The notes beneath the pieces were generated by a model that saw only the letters and a program-made list of their open reading frames with translations, did no database searches and was not told the origin of the DNA. Position numbers and translations under genes: made by a program. A stretch of DNA of 63,933 bases from a virus (lineage: Duplodnaviria > Caudoviricetes), in IMG/VR virus record IMGVR_UViG_3300006059_000003, positions 1-63,933 of that record, one strand, 5' to 3'. Positions 58,700-63,933 of this stretch are shown here, in pieces. Position 1 is the stretch's first letter. Every line of letters starts with the position of its first letter.

Positions 58700-60511
58700 A
58701 TGGAAACAAATAACACAACTCCTCTAGCAGAAAAGAAACTATTAAATGCAGGTGTATGTGCATTAATTAGTGTAAGCGGTAGTGATCTTCTACCAGTACA
58801 AGCGGCACGAACATCATTCCGTAAATCTATTCAAGACTATACAGAAGAACAGAACGATAACTTAATGGACTATCTTATTCGTATGAAGCATGATGGTCCT
58901 GTAGAATTTCCAGATGCTATCTTCTATGTAAAGGCACCTATATTTGTTGCACGTCAATGGTTTCGACATCGTATTGGTTGTTGTCTATCAGGTAATAGTC
59001 AGATAAGTTTTGAATTACCTTGTAGATTAAAAGAGGGATATAATGAGCAAAGACTTTTCTCTTTAGAGTACTTGTACAATAACTGGATTAAATCAGAATA
59101 TAATAGAAGAAGAATACAAAGTATGATTCTTCGTTGTGTGGATGAAAGTGACAATACTTTAATAACTTCACATATATCCAATATATATAGTAATGGCAAG
59201 AAGCATGTATATAGGACATACTTTAAGAATGGTTCTATGTTAGAATGCACTAAACAGCATAAATGTCTAACTAAATATGGATGGATGACATTAGAAGAAG
59301 CATTAGAAATTAATGCAGAATTTATGACTTCATCTAAAGTTGAAAGAGATAAAGAAGTTGTACCTCTTTCTTTTATAGATAGTATAGTAGGAGAAGAATG
59401 GAGGAAAATACAAGGTTATGGAGGTAGATACGAAGTTTCTAATTTAGGAAGAATTAGATCATACTCTACTACATCATATAATGGAGATGTATCTAATATT
59501 CCTACTATTAAGAGACAATCAATAGTATCTTCTGGATATTATGTAGTAAATTTATCAGAAAATGGAAAATCTCATGTTAGAACAGTACACCAACTTGTAC
59601 TTGAATCTTTCTCTAAACAAAAAAGAAAGAATGAACAAGAAACTAGACATATTAATAGCTGTAGAACAGATAATAGAATAGATAACTTATGTTGGGCATC
59701 TTCTAAAGAGAACGCTAGTGATAGAAAACTAAAAGGGTCAAATAAGTTATCTATAAACTACACCTCTATTATAAAGTCAGAGTATTTAGGATATATAAAT
59801 ACTTATGATATAGAAGTAGAAGGTAAATATCATAACTTTTTTGCTAACAATATTGTGGTACATAATTCTTACAATGAAGAGTCTCTCCGATACATAGAAC
59901 CTTGTAAGGAGTTCTATATTCCTTCTCCAGAAGAATGTAAGGGTAAACCTAAGAATGCAAAACAAGGTGCAGGAGACTTACTTGATGAAGAAGATGCACA
60001 AACAGCACAAGATATAATTTCTGCAATAGGAGGAGAAGCACACTCTTGTTATGCACAATTAGCAAGATTAGGATTAGCTAATGAACTAAGTAGAACTGTA
60101 CTTCCTTTAGGTCAATATACTGCATTCTATTTTAAGATTAACCTACGTGCTTTGTTCCACTTTCTAGGGTTACGTCTTAATCCACATGCACAATATCAAA
60201 TACGTGTATATGCTATGACTATGACAGAAATGCTTAAACCATACTTTCCTGTAGCTTTTGAGGCTTTTGAAAATCACATTTTAAATGCAGTAACTTTCTC
60301 TGCTGATGAATGGAAGATATTAAAAGACTTAATAATAAGTGAATGTGGTAATACTCCTTTTTATTCGGGAGGTAGAGAAGAAATATGGGAAAGATTTACT
60401 AATGATTCTGTAGAAAATGATTCAATAGTACATGGGTTACGAAAAACAAGAATTACAGAGCTAATACAGAAACTAAACAAACAACCAATAGAAATAAAAG
60501 GATACAAATAG
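58700..60511 (+). CDS. thyX: FAD-dependent thymidylate synthase containing an intein
   Basis: AARTS, H..P.E, APIFVARQWFRHR|SYNEESLRY, ELSRTVLP, NLRALFHFL.LR..HAQ.QIR. Confidence 0.95.
   Translation: METNNTTPLAEKKLLNAGVCALISVSGSDLLPVQAARTSFRKSIQDYTEEQNDNLMDYLIRMKHDGPVEFPDAIFYVKAPIFVARQWFRHRIGCCLSGNSQISFELPCRLKEGYNEQRLFSLEYLYNNWIKSEYNRRRIQSMILRCVDESDNTLITSHISNIYSNGKKHVYRTYFKNGSMLECTKQHKCLTKYGWMTLEEALEINAEFMTSSKVERDKEVVPLSFIDSIVGEEWRKIQGYGGRYEVSNLGRIRSYSTTSYNGDVSNIPTIKRQSIVSSGYYVVNLSENGKSHVRTVHQLVLESFSKQKRKNEQETRHINSCRTDNRIDNLCWASSKENASDRKLKGSNKLSINYTSIIKSEYLGYINTYDIEVEGKYHNFFANNIVVHNSYNEESLRYIEPCKEFYIPSPEECKGKPKNAKQGAGDLLDEEDAQTAQDIISAIGGEAHSCYAQLARLGLANELSRTVLPLGQYTAFYFKINLRALFHFLGLRLNPHAQYQIRVYAMTMTEMLKPYFPVAFEAFENHILNAVTFSADEWKILKDLIISECGNTPFYSGGREEIWERFTNDSVENDSIVHGLRKTRITELIQKLNKQPIEIKGYK
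58982..59866 (+). mobile_element. Intein with NUMOD4-HNH endonuclease (first residue may be 58979)
   Basis: CLSGNSQI; CTKQH block B; EEWRKI.GY..RYEVSNLGRIRS (NUMOD4); RHIN...DN...NL.W (HNH); TYDIEV...HNFFAN.IVVHN|S. Confidence 0.9.
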
Positions 60512-60544
60512 AAAATCTAGGAGATCACACAGAAAGAAAATACA

Positions 60545-60679
60545 ATGGTTACTTATTGGTTTACTGAATATATTAGATTTAATGTACCTTATTTACATGT
60601 TGGGTCTAGGTCACTATTTATGATACGTTTTGGTATAACCATACAGAGTGAGAAATTAGACCTATTAGGAGATAAGTAA
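60545..60679 (+). CDS. Small hypothetical protein (44 aa)
   Basis: TAATG coupling to the next gene. Confidence 0.35.
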   Translation: MVTYWFTEYIRFNVPYLHVGSRSLFMIRFGITIQSEKLDLLGDK

Positions 60680-61110
60680 TGGATTTAAGTAATTTATCTA
60701 GAGAAGAAAGAAATAAGTATTTAGGTCAATGGAAAGACTTACAAGCAGAAAGAGAGCAGTTTAAAAAAGAATACGGAGATAATGAAAAGATAGAACCTTT
60801 CTTTAATTTAGTGTCTAAAATACTAAAAGAATATTCTGATACAGGACAGTTACAAGCTAAAGGACAAGTAATAGTTTGTAACCCTATATGGGGATATACT
60901 GCTAATTGGATAGCTAGACATTTTGGACTTGATTATGAAACTGATGTAGTTTTTAAAGAAAACGAAATAGTAGTATGTGGTAAGGATGATGTAGATAAAG
61001 TTATCGAATCTAGAAAATGGATTAAAAAACAAATAAACGAACCTGTATTACTAAAGAAAGCACAAATAAATCTAGCACCTACAAGAAATATAAGAAAGAG
61101 AATAATATGA
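60679..61110 (+). CDS. Hypothetical protein
   Basis: AGGAG RBS; 143 aa. Confidence 0.7.
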   Translation: MDLSNLSREERNKYLGQWKDLQAEREQFKKEYGDNEKIEPFFNLVSKILKEYSDTGQLQAKGQVIVCNPIWGYTANWIARHFGLDYETDVVFKENEIVVCGKDDVDKVIESRKWIKKQINEPVLLKKAQINLAPTRNIRKRII

Positions 61111-61898
61111 TTGATACTACACTTAGTAAGATGTTCCCACAAGGTTGTCTTCCTGATTGGCTTATAGAAGATTCTGTAAAAGAATGCAAAGACTTCAAAC
61201 GTCGAGAAGAACTAGGCAAAACAGTTTCTACAGACTACTATCTTAATATAGGTCTGATAGATATAGAACCTTTTAACAAAGATCAAGTCCAACCAGCTTC
61301 TTATGATGTTAGGTTAGGAAATTCTTTTAAGATTCTCGATAAGAATAGAGGAATGACTATAGACCCTATAAAATGGGCAGACCCTTTAGGTAGACCTACA
61401 GTAGTTTATAGAGATATAGGAGTTAGTGAGTCCGGCATTTTAATTCTTCATCCAGGGGATTTACTACTAGCAACTACAGAAGAAGTTATTTCTCTTCCCA
61501 GGAATATACAAGGTTCTGTAGAAGGTAAATCTTCTCTTGCTAGATTAGGATTATCTGTACATTCTACTGGAAGATTTATAGACCCTGGATTTTCAGGACA
61601 GATAACCTTAGAGATTTCTACAATTTCTAATCCTATAATCCTCCGTCCTGGTATGTTTATTGCTCAGATAAACTTCCTACACTTAACTGCTCCCTGTCAT
61701 AGACCTTATGGTGATAAGAGTAGAGATAGTAAGTATCAAAATCAGCAAGGGGCTACAGAATCTAAATACTATGAAAACAAAAGTAAAGGTGAAGAAGAAA
61801 GTACAGGAGACTTTAGAGAAACAATTAAGAACCCAAGAGAATATACCAGAAAATACGAGCAAAGATACGGAGGTAGAGCAGAAACAGACGGAGGATAG
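61107..61898 (+). CDS. dcd: dCTP deaminase
   Basis: QPASYDVRLG, EGKSSLARLGL.VH, IDPGFSGQITLE, KYQNQ. Confidence 0.92.
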   Translation: MIDTTLSKMFPQGCLPDWLIEDSVKECKDFKRREELGKTVSTDYYLNIGLIDIEPFNKDQVQPASYDVRLGNSFKILDKNRGMTIDPIKWADPLGRPTVVYRDIGVSESGILILHPGDLLLATTEEVISLPRNIQGSVEGKSSLARLGLSVHSTGRFIDPGFSGQITLEISTISNPIILRPGMFIAQINFLHLTAPCHRPYGDKSRDSKYQNQQGATESKYYENKSKGEEESTGDFRETIKNPREYTRKYEQRYGGRAETDGG

Positions 61899-62319
61899 TT
61901 TAATTCCTACAGAAGTTTCATGTGATAGATTTACTCTCCATCCTGCTAAGAATTCAATGGGTGTAAGACCTAAACCTCTTATGTATATTGATTTTCAAAT
62001 AGTAAGACCCGGAATGTCCGGGTCTGAATTTCCTGGAGGAAAATTAATAATAACATATAGGGATGATGAAGAGATAAAATCTAGGGTTGTTACCTTCGTT
62101 GGTTTCTTAGAGTGTATTAAACATTTCTTAAATATACAGTTAGGTAATATATCTGTAGAATTTATAGATAAACAAGATTCTAATGAGGGAAAAACTGCCG
62201 CGCAAATAATGCAGGATAGGATGGAAAAAATACAGTATACAGAAGAAAATGAGATTGTACGAAATAAGAGTATAACTCCTATGTTTACTCCAAAAACTAC
62301 AGGATATAGGAAGAAATAG
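61771..62319 (+). CDS. Hypothetical protein (MKTKVKVKKK start; track start 61708)
   Basis: ATG at 61771; overlaps the dcd 3' end. Confidence 0.6.
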   Translation: MKTKVKVKKKVQETLEKQLRTQENIPENTSKDTEVEQKQTEDSLIPTEVSCDRFTLHPAKNSMGVRPKPLMYIDFQIVRPGMSGSEFPGGKLIITYRDDEEIKSRVVTFVGFLECIKHFLNIQLGNISVEFIDKQDSNEGKTAAQIMQDRMEKIQYTEENEIVRNKSITPMFTPKTTGYRKK

Positions 62320-62333
62320 AGAAAGTAATAACA

Positions 62334-62714
62334 ATGCCACGAAAGAAAACTGGTGATAGAACTGGTGGATTTTTTAATACACCATCGCGATCAAATCCTG
62401 ACCCTAGTGATATTGAGTTTAGGATAATTTCTACTAGAGAAGCACAAAAGAACATACTAGAAAGAGAAGAAAGGGAGAAGCAACTTATAGCTAAAAATAA
62501 GTGTACTATTTGCTGTAAACCTAACATAATTCAGGAACAGTTAGATTTTGTTTCTGAGAGTGTAAAAACTGCTACAAGAAATGGCTACCTTACCACTATG
62601 GAGAAAGAAGCTGTTACATTAGTAGTTAAGAAAATGTACAAAGATCAAAACTGTGGTTGGGATTTTACTTTGTGTACTTCCTGCAACAGTCACTCTGCAA
62701 ACTACGAGAAATAA
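62334..62714 (+). CDS. Hypothetical Zn-finger protein
   Basis: CTIC...CTSC. Confidence 0.65.
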   Translation: MPRKKTGDRTGGFFNTPSRSNPDPSDIEFRIISTREAQKNILEREEREKQLIAKNKCTICCKPNIIQEQLDFVSESVKTATRNGYLTTMEKEAVTLVVKKMYKDQNCGWDFTLCTSCNSHSANYEK

Positions 62715-62730
62715 GAAAGAAGGTTAAAAA

Positions 62731-63345
62731 ATGTATGTAGTCTGTAATAAATGTAAGTTAAGATATGACGATACATACTGTACTACAGTATGTCCTCATA
62801 GGGGTTTAGATTATTGCGTTGCTTGTGATTGTGTCGTCTGTACATGCCCGCAAGACACCTTAAACGAGCGTTCTAATGTTTACATCAGATGGCATCAAGA
62901 CGGTAGTGAGATATTTGAAGTAGGAATTCTAGGTAATACTGTAGAAGAAGACGAAAAGAAACAGACTCTTATAGAGTTTTTACAGTCATTAGGAGTAAAA
63001 CTAGAACCTAGTCATATCTCAATAATACAGGTTTTAGAATCTGGAAAAGTAATTTCTATACGAAAGGTAAACGATTCTGTTATTACTTTTGAAAGATATG
63101 GGATAGTTCTTACAGAACTTCCTAATAATCCTTTACTTGTAAATACTGGAAGAAATATAATAGAAGATACTCAAATATTTATACAAGAAGTAGTTCCTAT
63201 ACTTACTTCTAATAGTCTTATGCAAAATCTTGCAGATCAACTTACTATGTACTTAAAGAGTAGATTCTATAATGATGATGAAATAAGACAGATAGTTTCG
63301 GTAGTTTTACAAATGCAACAGCAACACAATTCCAGAGTACTATAA
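62731..63345 (+). CDS. Hypothetical protein with Cys-rich N-terminus
   Basis: CNKC..YDD..C..VCPH...CVAC...CTC. Confidence 0.7.
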   Translation: MYVVCNKCKLRYDDTYCTTVCPHRGLDYCVACDCVVCTCPQDTLNERSNVYIRWHQDGSEIFEVGILGNTVEEDEKKQTLIEFLQSLGVKLEPSHISIIQVLESGKVISIRKVNDSVITFERYGIVLTELPNNPLLVNTGRNIIEDTQIFIQEVVPILTSNSLMQNLADQLTMYLKSRFYNDDEIRQIVSVVLQMQQQHNSRVL

Positions 63346-63350
63346 TAAAA

Positions 63351-63387
63351 AAGCCTAGCTCTACTGTAGGAACTAGGCTTTCTTTTT
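63351..63387 (+). terminator. Intrinsic terminator ending the replication operon
   Basis: AAGCCTAG/CTAGGCTT plus T-rich tract. Confidence 0.75.
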
Positions 63388-63396
63388 GACTACTCT

Positions 63397-63416
63397 GTGA
63401 AACATTTTTGTTTCAC
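63397..63416. repeat. Palindrome GTGAAACA-TTTT-TGTTTCAC
   Basis: Identical to 259-278. Confidence 0.8.
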
Positions 63417-63634
63417 GGAATTAAATTGCATTTTTCGGAAAATTGCATTTTGGCTTGCTTGCTTCAAACGGTATTGCAACATATTTGCATTAAAATTTTC
63501 AATGCTTTTTTCTGGAAAAGAATTTCCTACAGATAACTAAAAATCCCGTCTCATTATGTGAAATTTTATCTAACCTTTACCAGGTGTAATAAATAGGCTA
63601 ACCTTTGGAATTGGATGATTTTGTACCCGAAATT

Positions 63635-63933
63635 AATAAAAACGGTAAAACACGAAAGCGGAAAAATTGGAATTAATTTTTGTTAAAATGCAGAAAAAGA
63701 ATGAAAAATGTAAAATTCTACTTTACACTTTTAGGTGTAGAAATTGTGATCTAAATAAAATTCACCTATCAAATAATGTCAATAATTATCAATATAGATT
63801 TACTATTGGCTATAGGAATTAAAGTGGTGAAACACGAAACCATATAGTACACAAAAGCAGAGTTTCTAACTCAAGCAAGTAAGCTATGACTCTGTAGATA
63901 TAATATACATAAAATATGCGCGTTATAATATAT
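63635..63933. other. Origin-like locus A (continues across the window end to 209)
   Basis: 23-mers at 63635-63657 and 63817-63839; downstream CATATAGTAC matches locus B; AT-rich stretch continues at position 1. Confidence 0.55.

Larger units (their letters stand above)
882..63522. repeat. Genome-wide dispersed interrupted palindrome TTCTCT-(T)0-2-TCC-AGAGAA
   Basis: Exact TTCTCTTCCAGAGAA at 13041, 15362, 23862, 26640, 38903, 40314, 50035, plus about 30 close variants on both strands. Confidence 0.9.

Noticed and set aside
2292-62527. Minus-strand ORFs in the ORF track (e.g. 2844-3512, 18973-19638, 20718-21182, 48150-48557)
   Set aside because: They are antisense shadows of well-supported + strand genes, with no RBS or recognisable motifs; promoters and terminators all point in the + direction.
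8184-63345. Stop-codon reassignment (alternative genetic code)
   Set aside because: Core genes (TerL, MCP, TMP, PolA) are full length in the standard code, and TAA, TAG and TGA all end genes.
882-63522. Dispersed motif as a CRISPR array or as CsrA-binding GGA loops
   Set aside because: Copies are kilobases apart with no spacer structure. Most copies put TCC, not GGA, in the mRNA and both orientations occur, which points to a DNA-level role.

Overview
The window looks like a complete or near-complete ~64 kb AT-rich tailed phage genome (siphovirus type; the two ends appear to join). All credible genes are on the + strand. Layout: (1) 1-6.4 kb is an early region of small orphan genes with sigma70-type promoters and intrinsic terminators. 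(2) 6.4-8.2 kb is a non-coding control region with parS-like palindromes, a G-quadruplex motif and clustered 9-mers. (3) 8.2-39 kb is the late region: NlpC/P60 lysin, GTA-type head-spike base, SGNH esterase fibre, TerS, TerL, portal, scaffold, MCP, neck, tail tube, frameshifted tail chaperone, tape measure, RcGTA-like Dit/hub/NlpC/tail-tip module and holin-like genes. (4) 39.5-63.3 kb covers replication and nucleotide metabolism: SNF2 helicase, RuvC-like resolvase, family-4 UDG, Cas4-like nuclease, Sak4-like ATPase, SSB-like protein, PolA, intein-containing primase-helicase, intein-containing ThyX and dCTP deaminase. I saw no integrase, repressor, tRNA or CRISPR. The most striking unexplained signals are: a genome-wide dispersed interrupted palindrome TTCTCT-(T)0-2-TCC-AGAGAA (about 35-40 copies, intergenic and written into genes in several frames); two homologous origin-like loci made of inverted 23-mers flanking AT-rich DNA; host-type parS sites; a basic KVKVK-type tag shared by many unrelated proteins; and a large structured RNA with anti-Shine-Dalgarno-like loops. 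All protein calls come from recognising motifs by eye, not from database searches.
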